A model generated the notes under the pieces. It saw only the letters and a list, made by a program, of their open reading frames with translations, had not been told where the DNA came from and made no database searches. This document shows positions 49,404 through 62,490 of a DNA stretch of 64,000 bases, in pieces. This DNA comes from a virus (Duplodnaviria > Caudoviricetes): the IMG/VR virus record IMGVR_UViG_3300028048_001915, positions 23,268-87,267 of that record; one strand, given 5' to 3'. Each line of letters starts with the position of its first letter. The stretch's first letter is position 1. The translations under genes were made by a program, and so were the position numbers.

Positions 49404-50411
49404 AATATGAAGGTGGATAATATGGCTAAATATACAACTACAAGTTTAATTAAAGAATTAGAGAAATTTCCGGAAGATTTACCGATTGAAACGGAATTAG
49501 CAATGGTGTATAATTATGATGATGATAAAGTCATTGAAGAAACCAGCGGTAAAACATTCACGGGTGAGGAGGATTTATTCAGAATATATGCTAAGTATGC
49601 AACTGAATTAGCTATCTTTGAAGGCTCATGGGAAGAAGATAATATTTCTGATTTGAATAATATCATGCCTAAATATGTTCTTGGATGGGAAGTTGATGAT
49701 CATTGTGGTCCTAATGCTATTTTGAAAAAAGATATTTTAAGTGTATTTTTCCGTTGTTATGCTTATGAGGATGTGGTGAATGGTTGTACGAGGGAAGTTC
49801 TTGCAGAACTTGGATTAACAGGACTTGTTGATGAAATTGACAGTAAAGTTAAAGCACAAGCAAAATACTGTGAAGAGAATAATTTACCGTTATTTGCTTA
49901 TGAGGATGGTGTTTGTTTGTGTGGTAATCAGATTTATAATAAGATTTCTTTGGAAGAGGCGGGTAGTGAGTTGATTACTAGTTGTCCTTATTGTAGTCGT
50001 GCTTTCAATGATTAAAAAGGAAATGAGGAGTTTATTTTATGGTTGGAAGAAATCCTAGATTCATTAATACTGAGAAGTTTATTAATTATTGCAATGAAAA
50101 AGATATAGCAATCTCAAGAATGAACCATTCAAAAGACAAAGTAGTTAATTTAAATGCAAGGGAATTAATTGAAGAGTATGATAATCATTTAACTAAGAAT
50201 GATTGTCTGGATAATTTACGTTCCAGGATACAAAGTTGTATAACATCACATATACCTTATGATACGAATAATGGGGACATGTATTCTGATATAAAGTTTG
50301 TTTCTCCACAACATTTAGCAGATGAACTTACAAGAAAAATATTAGATGATGAAAATATTTCTCGTATTTTACAATTATATTATAAATCAAGATGTTGTGG
50401 GGATGAATTAG

Positions 50412-50744
50412 ATGGGTAAATTTGAGATTTTTGGTATTTTCATGATTATTCTTGCAGTAAGTATCCCAGTTATAATAGCTGTTGGAGTAACAGATATGAA
50501 AGAATGGCATAACGAGACATGTATTATTCTGGATAAATATGAAGACGAATACACTACAATACAACCCATGCCCATGGGTAAAGCAGGAATAATGACTGTT
50601 CCGGTTAAACATCATGATTATTATTTTAACACAACTAAAGGAGTTATACCTGTTACTTCAAAGGAATATAATTCACATAATATTTCAGATACTTTGAATG
50701 TTAGTGTGAATGATAAAGGTCGAGTGCAGGTGATTTTAAATTGA
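50412..50744 (+). CDS. Membrane-anchored protein (N-terminal TM plus OB-like beta domain)
   Basis: Hydrophobic N-terminus followed by beta-rich sequence. Confidence 0.45.
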   Translation: MGKFEIFGIFMIILAVSIPVIIAVGVTDMKEWHNETCIILDKYEDEYTTIQPMPMGKAGIMTVPVKHHDYYFNTTKGVIPVTSKEYNSHNISDTLNVSVNDKGRVQVILN

Positions 50745-51359
50745 ACATAAGCATACAACCACGTTCAGGTAAATGTCATTCATTAAATGAATCTCTTATT
50801 AAGCATGCTATGGAACATCCTAATACTAATAATGTATTTTTATGTCCACCACCATTAATAGATTCTGAATTTGTAACCATTAAACGATTATTAGATAAAT
50901 CTCACATTTGTTATGAAGCAGATGATGAAAATAAAATCATTACATTAACTAATGATTCATCAATACATTTCAAAGCTTCCACTACTGGTGTTTTGAAAAA
51001 GACTCATTATGAAAAAATGATAAGGGATCTCAAAGTAGAGACGGAAGAATTAATGAAGTTTAATGATGATATGATTGAAGGGTTCAGTAATAATCCTGTA
51101 TATCAGAGGTATTTTAAGAAGTGGAGATTAAATGAAAAAAAAGAAGAGGAGTTTTAGAAAGAATGGCTGGTTTGTATAATATAATGAACAGGGAAAGAGA
51201 GACAATCTGTAAAAATTGTACACATTTCAGTTTTAAAATCGACCCTTATTACAAAAAGACTATGTGTACGTATTATGATACGCCTACAGATGCAGAGAGT
51301 AATTTAAAATGTTCTGAATATATGGAACCAGGTGATCCAATATAAAAATTATTTTTTAT

Positions 51360-51448
51360 AGGTATGTATCTAAGATTTTGGCCAAAGGAGACAGACTTAG
51401 AATCTGTTGCATATAGTTGCTACGTGGGTTCAAATCCCACCATACCTA
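51360..51448 (+). tRNA. tRNA-Leu (anticodon TAG), no encoded CCA
   Basis: Acceptor AGGTATG/CATACCT, anticodon arm ACAGA-CTTAGAA-TCTGT, long variable arm, T-arm GTGGG-TTCAAAT-CCCAC, discriminator A. Confidence 0.92.
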
Positions 51449-54028
51449 CTCTAAAAAAAAGATAAATGGAGGATAATACAATGAGTGCTAAACAGTACAT
51501 GCGTGGGCATGAAATATATTATGATGATGAAAAGAAAGCATGGATTTATACCGAAAATGGTGAGCGGGTTTATGATAATGAATGTATTGAATGTGTTAAA
51601 TGTGATAAACCCCCGATTGATGATGTTGATTTTTGTTTATATGCTTTACATGATTGTGATTTTATTAATGCTGCTTGTTGTGGTCATGGTGTTAAACCAG
51701 GTTATATTAAGTTGAAAGATGGTAGGGTATTTCGTGAGGAGGAAGTGTGAATTATGAATAATGAAACTTCTAAAAAAATAGTGGAAAATATGAATAGTTT
51801 TGCTAATTCAATAAAACCACTATCTGAAAAATTAGGAAATTTTAAAAAAGTCCTGGAAAACAATTACCTCATAATCCTAAAAAATTACATAACTAAATTA
51901 TTCCCTTATGCTAATGTGGAAGTGAAAATCATAAATGGCATTGTTAAAATCATTTCAGATAAAGAGTTACATGACATAAATTTAGTTACAATGCAATATT
52001 TGATTGGTATGCGTATTTTAAATTATACAAAGTATCAGACATGTGTAATATATAATTTAGGTCTGAAAAAAGAAGATGAACTAGAAAAAATGTATTTTAT
52101 AGCAAGTACTAAATTTCCACCGTTTGATTTATGTTTAAAGTCTAGTTGTGATAATTGTGCTTTTTCAGAATATCATACAGGATATGATCCAAGAATAAGG
52201 AGGATGATATGAATGAGTTATATGGTACATGAAGGCGGTTGTAGAATAAGTATTGTATATGAATATAGGGATCCTGTTGATAATACTTTCACAAAAAAGG
52301 TTAATGGTGTTGCTGATTATATTGTGTCTAGTCATAAACAAGCAAAAGAATTTAAAATGATACTCCAACAATCTGAAATCATTGTTGAGGAATTGAACAA
52401 ATTAAATGAAGAAATAATATCTTTAAAAAAAGATTTGGCAGTAGCTCAAGCATCAGCATTATTCGATACTGTAACATCAAAAAGAGTTATTGAATTACAA
52501 AAAGAGTTAAAAGAAAAGGATTATGAGGTTAACCATCTTGTTAATAGTATTTATCGTAAAACAGACGAGTTTTATGAAGAAAAAAAGAAGTTGCTTCTTG
52601 AAAATAATGCATTGCGAAAGAAGAATAAACAATCCACTGCTATAGTGGAAGCTGTTAGGAAAACAGAATTAAGTAAAATTCCTACAGATGAATTAGCTAG
52701 GGAGTTATATTCTAGGATGGAGAATTTGGATAAATTGGAGAAGAGTCATAATAAATTGTTAAGTCAACATAAGAAAGCTGCAGTGATGATAGCTGAATTA
52801 AAAAAACAATAACAGATGGGAGGGATATTTTATGGATGAAAGATTAGATTTATGGGATAGTGAAGAATTATACAAGAAATGCAAACAATTTTGTGATACA
52901 TGGGAATTTGGTAAAGAATGTAATAATAGGAAAGGAATGTATGAGTTTCTTGAAGGTATTGAAATGGATTTGTATAATCAAAAGAATGATATAATTAATG
53001 AATTAGGTATTACTGATTGTCCATTTCATAATAGAGATGATTAAACTATGGCAAATGATTTTAGTCATTTATCATGTGAGTATTATAATGATGGTGTTTG
53101 TTTAAATTATTGGATGGTTTATCGGAATGCCTGGAGTATTGATAAATATAATTATTGTTTGAGGGATTTGGAATGAGTTTAAAAAAAGTCAGATTACTTA
53201 AAGGAGTAGATTATGTTTACTGTTTCCTTAAAGAGAAAGTTATTAAGGAAGAAGAATGTGATTATTATGAGCATAATCTCGAATGCGATAAAAATGATGA
53301 TGTTTATGGTAGAACACATAGTAAAGGTACTCGTGCAGGTTATGGATATGCTACTGCTGGGTCTACCAGTGTATTAAATTCTTGTAAATATTGTTTAAAA
53401 AAAGCAGAACAATATGAAGAGTTTTATTTACCCCAAGAAGTTACTAATAAAAAAAGAAAGAAATTATTTGGATTATTCTGATGGTGAGGAGTTGTAAATG
53501 AGTAAAAGAAAATCATTCTATTATAATGATTGGAAATATAAAATCCGGTGGAATGAACGAGCAACACCTTTTATGATTAAACATATGAATTTAGGAAATC
53601 TACAAGGGAAATATCTTCGTGATAGAGGTTTTGGAACTTTAATTAAAATTAGAATGGTAAGGATGTACCAGTTAAAAAGGAAATTTAGGAGTAAAAAATG
53701 TCTCTGGTGGTGATTTGGAATGAGTGAAAAAGAGAAGTTAAATAATTTACTATCTGCACGAATGGAGTTTGGAAAAGCAAAACAAGAATATATAAATTGT
53801 ATTTCTGATTTTCTTGGAGATGCAGTAAATTATATACACATTAAATTTCATGGAAATAAAATGTATGTAACTTTTGAGTCCTTTTGTTCTTTTAATGATA
53901 AGTATTTATTGAAATTTTGTAATGAATTTGGTTTGTTAGCTCCATCAATAGAGTTTAAAGAGTTAAATGAACATCTACCTGTGTATAAGTGGGAATTTAT
54001 TAAACTATTGGATTAAAGGTGATTCTGA

Positions 54029-56032
54029 ATGAGTAGATATGAATATTGGAAATGCTCTGAAAGAGAGGATAAAGAGGGATTTGGTGTAAAAGATATTGTA
54101 AATAATACTTATTATGCTGGTGATGAAGTTATTGATTTGATAAATCAATTATCTATTAAGGCAAATAAGTTTGAAGAAGCTTATAATGATGAAAAAAAGA
54201 AAACCATAAGTTATAAAAAAGTTTTAAAAGATTTAATTAATGGAGATTACATAAAATGACTGAACATATCATAAGCATTGTTAATAAAAACAATTTTAAA
54301 TTTTTAAGAGAAAATAAAACTAATTATTTATTGCCTATTGGGGATATTGAAGCAATGTGTATATTATTTAATTATATTGCTAAGAATGGTACCGTACCTA
54401 ATGTTAATACGAATGGTTGGTGGAAAAAAGAAGAGTTTCAAGAATATTTATCGTATCTGAAATAAGGAGGATTTGGAGTGACTGAGGAAAAACAAGAAAT
54501 AACTCAATGTAATTACTGTAAGTATTTTTTCATCTACCTTGATGGGACTACAACTTGTTTAATGAAAAATGATTATATGATAGTCGATGGAGTTAATGTA
54601 TTTCCAAAAGAATGCAGGGATTATAAAATGAGGATGTGGGTTTAAATGAATGAGAAACAGATTGAGGTACTTGCAGAATATATGGCTGCAGCAGTATATG
54701 CTTTTGGAGGTGAACATGCAAGAGAAAATTTTGTTTATGCTTTTAAAAAAGCAAAAGAACATGATAAAGAACAGTGTCAAATAGTAAAAGGTTATGATAC
54801 TCAACAGATTGAAAAAGATTTAAAAAAAATTGAAGATGAAATGAGGGGGTTAAAATGACTGAAAAATGGATTGTTGATGATGCAGGTACATTAATCAATA
54901 TGGAAACTAGGGAAAATTATGATTATGTGTCAGATGTTTGTAATTTACTGAATGAAAAAGAAAAAAGAATTAAACAATTAAAAAAAGAGAATAACGATTT
55001 TGATGATGCAATAAATGAGATAAGTAATATTTTATTAGAAGCATATGAACAAGGAGTATCAAATCCCTATTTAAAAAGAATAGGGAAAGTAAAATTATAT
55101 GACAGGTGATTGAATGACTGAAAAATTTAAAATAATCAATAATGCAGGAGATTATCATTTGATGAATGGTGATGAAGAATTATGCTATGATTTATGCTCT
55201 CCGACAATGATGCAAGACAACTGGAATAAAGTTGTTGATAAATTAAACAAGCAAGAAAAAACAATCAAGGAATTAAATCAATACTGCATCGCCTGCGATG
55301 ACACACTAACAACAATTATTGAATTAGTAGATGAATTATTAAGCATGACAACAATTAATCATAACATAATAAGTAAAGCATTAAAAGCTATACATAATGT
55401 TGATTTGAAAGAGATGAATCAAGTTAAATATGAAATATTAAAAATTAACAGGAAGGATATTAAATGACTAAAAAATGTTTAATTATTTTATTAATGGGAT
55501 TGTTATTCTTAATCTGCATAAGTACAGTTAGTGCAGAAGAAGTAACAATGAGAGTAGACAGTAAACATATTGTTGGAACCGGAACTGGAAATACACCATT
55601 ATCGCCTGATGAGTATTCTAATGTAGTATATGTTGTTTCGGAAATAAGTGGAGGATATGGTGGGCCTTATATTCTTCAAGAATATCCTGTTTCATTAGAT
55701 GATTACTGTAAAATTAAAATTGGTGATAAAATAACATTAGAAAAACCAGAATATAGGACAGACTCTTGGAAAGTTATTAAAATAGAATAAAAGTGATTTG
55801 GATGAGTGAAAAAAAATTTACTGCAATGGCCGAATTCAATGGTTTCAATGATATCTACTGTGATGATCATGTCATATGTAGTGTTCGAATTGAATATGCA
55901 GATAACCTGATTAACTTATTAAATGGGCAAGAAAAAAGAATAAAAGAATTAGAAGAAGAATTAAAACAATTTAAACCAGTAATATTCAAAACAGAAAATG
56001 GAGATAAAACATTCTATGAAAAAAAAGAATAA
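54029..56032 (+). repeat. Second cluster of MTEK/LLN paralogous small genes
   Basis: 54029 (EVIDLINQL), 54855 (MTEKW..VCNLLNEKEKRIKQL), 55114 (MTEKF..VVDKLNKQEKTIKEL), 55793 (MSEKKF..LINLLNGQEKRIKEL). Confidence 0.65.
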
Positions 56033-56567
56033 ATTAAATGATATACTGAAAATACTACATAACTATAAAGAAGAATATGATTTTCTCGCAAAAGAACACA
56101 CAGAATCACACAACATCCAGCAAGCCATAATCTATGAGGAAAAAAGCAAAACCATAAATGACTTGCTTAACGAAATAACAGGAGAAAAAAAATAATGGGT
56201 AAAAGATATAAAACAGGAAATGTAGGTCGTAAAAGAGGAGTGAAACCAAAACAAATATATTATAAAAGAGAAAAGAAAATTAATGAATTAATAAACCTTT
56301 TCAAAAACAATTATTATGACCATCACAATAGCTTGAATACACTTGAAACATACGCTTTTATGTATCGTTTGAAAAGTGATATTAAACAATTATTCTTTTT
56401 ACAAGAGAATACTCTACATTTACAATCTTATCGTAGACGAAGTATTTATTATCATCAGTTATCTCGTTTTAAACGGATTTATAGTCGATGGAAACTTGAT
56501 ACTAGATATGCTTTTTTATCTTATGTTTGTCAGGTGCCTCCACGTTATGTTATTGAATATAGTAACA

Positions 56568-56581
56568 TTTAAAAAAGCAAC
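56568..56581 (+). promoter_or_regulatory. TWTAAAAAAGYAAC motif upstream of thyA
   Basis: TTTAAAAAAGCAAC. Confidence 0.5.
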
Positions 56582-56624
56582 TTATTACTATCTTTTAATA
56601 TGTTCTGAAGAGGATTGATATGAT

Positions 56625-57311
56625 ATGGAGTTATTAAATAAAGTATTGAAAAAATATCTTTTTGAAATATTGATTAAAGGCCATGATACTGTTAAGGATG
56701 ATAATGATAATATAAAAGAGCATTTATGTAATCATTATCTTATAAGAGCACCTGCAAAGGATAGTAGGGAATTATTATCAGATATTAATGATGGTGTTTA
56801 TGATTTGGAGTATTATCCGTTGAAAGGTGAAGCTTTATTTGATTATGTTAATAGTTTAAATAATCCATCTTTGGATGGTTTTGTTTATACTTATCCTAAT
56901 CGTATATTTGAGCAGAAGTCAACACCATCATCAAATGAATTCATTAATCAATTTCAGATTATATTGAATCGTTTGAATAATAATAGTGGGAGTAATCGTG
57001 CAGTGGCCACGATTTATAATCCTTTCCATGATTGTTATGAGAAAGATATTCCTTGTTTGCAATGGATTCAATGTACTATACGGGATAATCAGTTAATATT
57101 GCATTGTATATTCCGTAGTAATGATGTTTTTGGTGCTTTTTATAGTAATATGTTGTTTTTATCATATCTTGGTTTACGATTAACTGAAGAGTATAATTCT
57201 TATGATTTGAATGATGATGTTGAGTTCCAGGGTATTGATTATCATTGTACAAGTGGTCATATCTATGAGTATAATGTAGATGAAGCTGTGAAATTATATA
57301 AAAGCTTGTAG
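56625..57311 (+). CDS. thyA: Thymidylate synthase (archaeal ThyA type)
   Basis: YTYPNRI, NRAVA, catalytic PCLQ and FRSNDVFGAFYSN (Asn consistent with dUMP specificity). Confidence 0.85.
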   Translation: MELLNKVLKKYLFEILIKGHDTVKDDNDNIKEHLCNHYLIRAPAKDSRELLSDINDGVYDLEYYPLKGEALFDYVNSLNNPSLDGFVYTYPNRIFEQKSTPSSNEFINQFQIILNRLNNNSGSNRAVATIYNPFHDCYEKDIPCLQWIQCTIRDNQLILHCIFRSNDVFGAFYSNMLFLSYLGLRLTEEYNSYDLNDDVEFQGIDYHCTSGHIYEYNVDEAVKLYKSL

Positions 57312-59261
57312 AGGATGTAATATGGGAATGTTTGAGCATGAATTATGTTTAAAATTAATAAGTAAGGATGATGCTGATTCTGAAGAGTTAGGTGATTTTA
57401 TAGTGGAGTTAATGAATCATGAGTTTAGGAATTGGGGTTTTGAGTTTTCGTTGATTCGTATTAAGGAAGTGAAAGAATGAGATTTACTTATCATAAAAAT
57501 CATCATGGTAGTTATGTTGTTGAGGATAGTTTGGAGAAGTTGCCTTTGTTGTTTTTTACTGATTTGAATGCTGTTATTCGTTGTGTTAATGAATTGAATA
57601 ATATTTCTGTTAGTAAACAAGGATTGTTGGATTTGATTGAGAAGAAACAAGGTGAATGTCTTAGACAATCACAGGAGTATGGTGTTCCTAAGGAAGTTAT
57701 TGAAAAATCCAAAGCGAAAATATGTATTTTACAAGAGTTATATGTGGAGTTTGAGGGGTAATGTCTATGAATTTATCCTGGAGTGAAATATACGATATTG
57801 TTCGTGAATTAACTGACAAAATAGAAACTCAAAAAACAGCACAAAAAACAATACCTCGAGTAAATCTAAAAACACTACTCCAAATCATGATCAACTTCGA
57901 CACATTCACATATGATAAAAAAATCAGCTTCAAAATAACAGGTTCTAATGAAAACATCACCTTAAAAATATGGAGAAAATGAATTTATATGACTAATAAA
58001 GAATTAAAGAAATTACAAGACACCACAGAGAATATAAAATATTCAACGGAAGACAATTGTAAGTTAACAAGGAAATTAATCCGTAGAGTTGAAGAGTTAA
58101 CATCACAACAATGTTTAACTAATAATATTCTTATTGAAATGGCTCGTGCGGATTCACGTGAAGATTTAAACGAAAGATTAGATGATTTAATAGCTATCAA
58201 AGAATAAAATGTGGAGGTTATGTTTTTTATGATTAAAGCAATTGATGAACTAAAGAAGACACATGCAAGAATGACTACTTTGTTGAATGAGTTGGCTGTA
58301 TTGGAGGATGGTTTGGATGCTGATTATTCACAGTTAGTGATTGATTACAGGTGGATAGCGAATGAGTTAGAGCATCGTAGAACTACTTTACAGAAACGTG
58401 GTAGGACATTATGAGGTGTTTTAATGAATTTCAATGAATTTGAAAAGAATGTTATTGCGATGAAACAGAAACTTGAAGAAGCAGATATTAAACTAGACAC
58501 TGTGAAAATCGAATATACTAAATTTGATGGGTATAATTGCATTTGGGCTATGAAAGATGATAATATTATAACTTACTTCAAATGGTGATATGGAATGAAT
58601 ATTCATAGAGATTGTGAGTATTATATCCCTGAGAATGATATGTGCCTACTATACTTTGAATTAGGATTCCATGAAATATCACAATATAATAAATGCTTAG
58701 AGGAAGTGATTTACAATGACTAAAAGTGAAATAGATAAAAAATTATCACTATATGGAGAATGTTTTAATCTAAGGTTCTACACTTCTGAAAAAAAATATT
58801 ACCTGTCCTCTCCAAGTTTCAATCCAATGCTGATTGCAGTATATTCAGAAAATGAGAGAGATAAAGCTATTCATTTGTTTGAAGTCCTTGAAAGTTTATT
58901 TCAGAGTTGGAAAATAACAGAAGAACAGTTAAATTATATTCAAAATTCAATTAGTAATGCAATAAAACATCAAAAAACCAAGATTGGTGAAGAAGCATTG
59001 CGAGAGGTGATTAGGGATTATAATGAATGGATGTTAGGTCATAAAGAGGGGTTAGATAATGAGTAAGTTAACTGAATACTTACAAGGTAAAATCATGGAT
59101 TGTGAACGAATATTCGAGAATGTTAATACTGACACCGACCAAGTATTCCTAAAAGGAATGCTCCAACATGGTGGCGAAACCAATGCACTATTAATGAATA
59201 TTGGTAAAAGACAAGCCTACATGGAAGTATTGGATTATCTGCGAAGGAATGGTGGTTTACA

Positions 59262-59465
59262 ATGAGTGATACTGGTGTACCATTAGTATCTGTCCGTATT
59301 AATGATAAGGCATGTGATTACTGCCTTGAATGTGTAAATGTATGCAGTACCGGAGCATTAACATATGACAAATGCTTTGAACATGATGGGGCAGAATGTG
59401 CAAATTGCAAGGTATGTATGGATGTATGTCCAAATGAAGCAATAACAATACTGCCAATGGAGTAA
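59262..59465 (+). CDS. 2[4Fe-4S] ferredoxin
   Basis: CDYCLECVNVC and CANCKVCMDVCP motifs. Confidence 0.9.
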   Translation: MSDTGVPLVSVRINDKACDYCLECVNVCSTGALTYDKCFEHDGAECANCKVCMDVCPNEAITILPME

Positions 59466-59470
59466 AAACA

Positions 59471-59749
59471 ATGAACACTAAAAATAGAAAAGCATTTAAC
59501 AACTTACTCCTTGCAAACTTGATAAAACAATATATCATTTTTAATCAAGGCTGCACAGCTAAGGACATAAGTAAATTTTTAATGGAACATAAGTTTAGTT
59601 TGCAAATCAATTGCACTCCACGAAAGATTAGTGCATTGATACGAGATTATTCTACTCCATCTTCTAATAGTGCGTATAAATGGTTTGGATGTATTGAACA
59701 GGTTAAACGTGCAGGTGAACCTCATGTTTATTATGTTAAAGGGGAATGA
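59471..59749 (+). CDS. Winged-helix-like protein
   Basis: GCTAKDISKFL...TPRKISALIR pattern. Confidence 0.4.
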   Translation: MNTKNRKAFNNLLLANLIKQYIIFNQGCTAKDISKFLMEHKFSLQINCTPRKISALIRDYSTPSSNSAYKWFGCIEQVKRAGEPHVYYVKGE

Positions 59750-60148
59750 ATTATGGTTGGTGAAAATATAAAAATACCAATTAAAGTGAAAACTGGAATA
59801 TTAGAGAAGAAATTAAACGAATTAAAGTTAAATGAAATGACTCCTACAGAATTAGAGGAAATTATCAGAGAGAATATTGAAGTTGTTCTAATACAAAAAA
59901 GACCTTATAGAAAGGAAGTTACTGAAAAAACATTTCATGTAGATTTAAAAGAAATATCGGAGGAAAGAAACTCATGAATTTAGATAATCAGCATTTAATT
60001 GCAATTAAAACAACAAAAGTAGAATATCAAAAGAAAAGAGATATGGAAACTGATAAGAAGAAAAAACAATTATATCAAGCTATGATTGATGATTTAACTA
60101 GTGAAGAAAAAAGGATACTTGGACAAAGTAATATTTTATTAGATAATA

Positions 60149-60904
60149 TTGAAAAAGGAGAAGAATGATACTATGTTTTTAGAATTAACTGACAATATAA
60201 TTCTCAAAGACTGCTTTGAGACAGTAGGAAAAATAATAGATGAAATTATACTTGAATGTGATAGTGAGGGAATGCGTCTTCGTGCATTAGACAGATCACA
60301 TATAACATTTGTGGAAATGGATTTGAAAGGGTCATTATTTGATGAGTATAAATGTGAGAAACCTGAAAAGATTGTTGTGGATTCTACTGAGTTAACAAAA
60401 ATCTTGAAAAGATGTAATAGTAAGGATATACTCAGATTAGAAACTGATGATAGTTATTTAATACTTAAATTTGAGGGTGATAGTAGTCGTACTTTTAAGT
60501 TGGCTTTGATTGATAATGAATATGAATCAGCAGTTCCCCCATCAATTGAACATCCCGTTAGTGTTCCAATACCAACAAATATTTTGGAGGAAATTTTAAA
60601 GGATATGGAATTGTTTGGTGAAACATTAAGTTTCACTGTTGATGAAGATTATCTTATCTGTAACGGTACAAGTGAATTAGGTGATAGTGAAACTAAATAT
60701 TTACATGGTGAACATGTAAGTGAAGTTGTTCGTAGTGTGTTCAATATAGCTAAGATTAAAGACATGTTAACTGCTAAAAAATTATCTAAATTAGTTACTT
60801 TGAAATTAGGTAATGATATGCCTTTGATTATGAATTTTAATATTAGTAATGGTGAGGGAAAACTTGAATTCTTGTTAGCTCCAAGGTTGGAGATGGATGA
60901 GTGA
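60149..60904 (+). CDS. pcn: PCNA DNA sliding clamp
   Basis: GMRLRALDRSHITFVEMDL, LKLGNDMPL and FLLAPR motifs. Confidence 0.93.
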   Translation: MKKEKNDTMFLELTDNIILKDCFETVGKIIDEIILECDSEGMRLRALDRSHITFVEMDLKGSLFDEYKCEKPEKIVVDSTELTKILKRCNSKDILRLETDDSYLILKFEGDSSRTFKLALIDNEYESAVPPSIEHPVSVPIPTNILEEILKDMELFGETLSFTVDEDYLICNGTSELGDSETKYLHGEHVSEVVRSVFNIAKIKDMLTAKKLSKLVTLKLGNDMPLIMNFNISNGEGKLEFLLAPRLEMDE

Positions 60905-61206
60905 TTTTAATGGATGATGAAATAATTCGTGGGCCAGTACCGTTATTGGATAAAACAAAGGAGTATTGGAATCCGACAGTAACTAGGGAAGCACCAGTAA
61001 CAGCAAGTGATGAACCATCATACTATAATAGTAATGGTTTATCACCATTACAAGCATTCCGTAAAGGTTTGTTAAGTGAAGAAGAATATCGTGGATTCCT
61101 AAAAGGCAATATTATTAAATATGCTGTTCGTTGTGATAAAAAGAATGGTGCTGAAGATATGGATAAATGTATTGATTATTGTAAACATTTGAGGGATATA
61201 TTATGA
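60901..61206 (+). CDS. DUF3310-like phage protein
   Basis: GFLKGNIIKYAVRCDKKNGAEDMDKC. Confidence 0.75.
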   Translation: MILMDDEIIRGPVPLLDKTKEYWNPTVTREAPVTASDEPSYYNSNGLSPLQAFRKGLLSEEEYRGFLKGNIIKYAVRCDKKNGAEDMDKCIDYCKHLRDIL

Positions 61207-61532
61207 GTATTATTGATAAAATTAAACGGAAACTTAAAATACATAATAAGCCAGATATTTCCGAAGAGTTAGTGGCCATACTGAAACATCTTACATCAAT
61301 TGATGATACCATTATTGATTTATTAGGGAAGTATTATGGAAAATATGATTTTATAATTGAATATGGTTACAATCAAAGATTATCTGTTAATAAAAATGTT
61401 GTATTATGTATTCAGGGCGAATACTTAGAATATTATTCTTTAAAGGAGGATAATATTTCTCCCGAAACTATTCCTTTAGGAGCCATATATTTACCATCAA
61501 TCATCGCTATTAAACGAAGAGAAGGGTCATAA

Positions 61533-61799
61533 ATGGTTAGTGATGAAATTTTAAAAAGATATGCATATGTAAACTGCAGTACATATCGTGTGAAAGTGTT
61601 AAAGTATTTAGATAATGTTGATTGGGATATGCCTAAAAATATTGCTGAAAAAAATGGGATTAGGCAGAATCATATTAGTAAAGTCTTAAGAGAATTACAT
61701 GAGATTAATTTAATTGAATGTATTAATCCTGAAGCACATAAAGGTAGATTATATCGTATAACTGATGAAGGTCATGAAGTGAATTCAATAAAAAAGTGA
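61533..61799 (+). CDS. Winged-helix (MarR/ArsR-like) transcription regulator
   Basis: PKNIAEKNGIRQNHISKVLRELHEINLI...GRLYRITDEG. Confidence 0.8.
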   Translation: MVSDEILKRYAYVNCSTYRVKVLKYLDNVDWDMPKNIAEKNGIRQNHISKVLRELHEINLIECINPEAHKGRLYRITDEGHEVNSIKK

Positions 61800-61805
61800 T
61801 GCATT

Positions 61806-62462
61806 ATGCATGTATTCGTGGATAACAGGGAACATAAAAGATTAGATGAAATACTCGAATATTACCAAGAAGAAGGGGATGATGTTACATGTGAAGTGTT
61901 AACATTGGATACTGGTGATTTTATATTCGATGATGGCCGTAATCAGGTATGTTTTGAATGGAAAACAATAGCTGATTTTATAGCTTCAGTTAAGGATAAA
62001 AGAGTGTTTAATCAATCTATTTCAATGTATGACGAATTTGATTATCATTTCGTTATCATAGTAGGTACTGACATTGAATTAGAAAATAGTTTAGTAATTG
62101 ATGGTTTAAGACCATCTGCTTATTATGGTGCAATCACTCGTTTAAACACTTACACTACTGTTATTACTGCACCAGATAATCATACTGCTTATGCTTTAAT
62201 GTTATGTCAAGCATGTAAGTGTTTGGATGATAATTTTGTTTATAAAAGATTACCTATTAAATCCCCTAATCCTGCACAGAATCTATTATTAACATGTAAT
62301 AAGATTGGTGAAGAAACTGTTAAATTATTAACAAACGAGTTAAATATTTATAGTTTCAAAGATTTAACACGATTATCCTATGATAATTTAATCAGTATTC
62401 AAGGTATAGGTCCTAAAACAGCAAATATGATATTAGAATATATAGGTGAAACAATCACATAA
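61806..62462 (+). CDS. ERCC4 (XPF/Mus81/Hef) nuclease with C-terminal HhH
   Basis: VDNRE, GDF, EWKTIADF..SV.D.R..Q and IQGIGPKTA. Confidence 0.88.
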   Translation: MHVFVDNREHKRLDEILEYYQEEGDDVTCEVLTLDTGDFIFDDGRNQVCFEWKTIADFIASVKDKRVFNQSISMYDEFDYHFVIIVGTDIELENSLVIDGLRPSAYYGAITRLNTYTTVITAPDNHTAYALMLCQACKCLDDNFVYKRLPIKSPNPAQNLLLTCNKIGEETVKLLTNELNIYSFKDLTRLSYDNLISIQGIGPKTANMILEYIGETIT

Positions 62463-62490
62463 AATGAGATAATTATTTTTTTCCCTTATC

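Noticed and set aside
51360-51448. tRNA-Leu as the integration boundary
   Set aside because: Viral-type small genes continue on both sides and no duplicated 3' fragment was seen in the window
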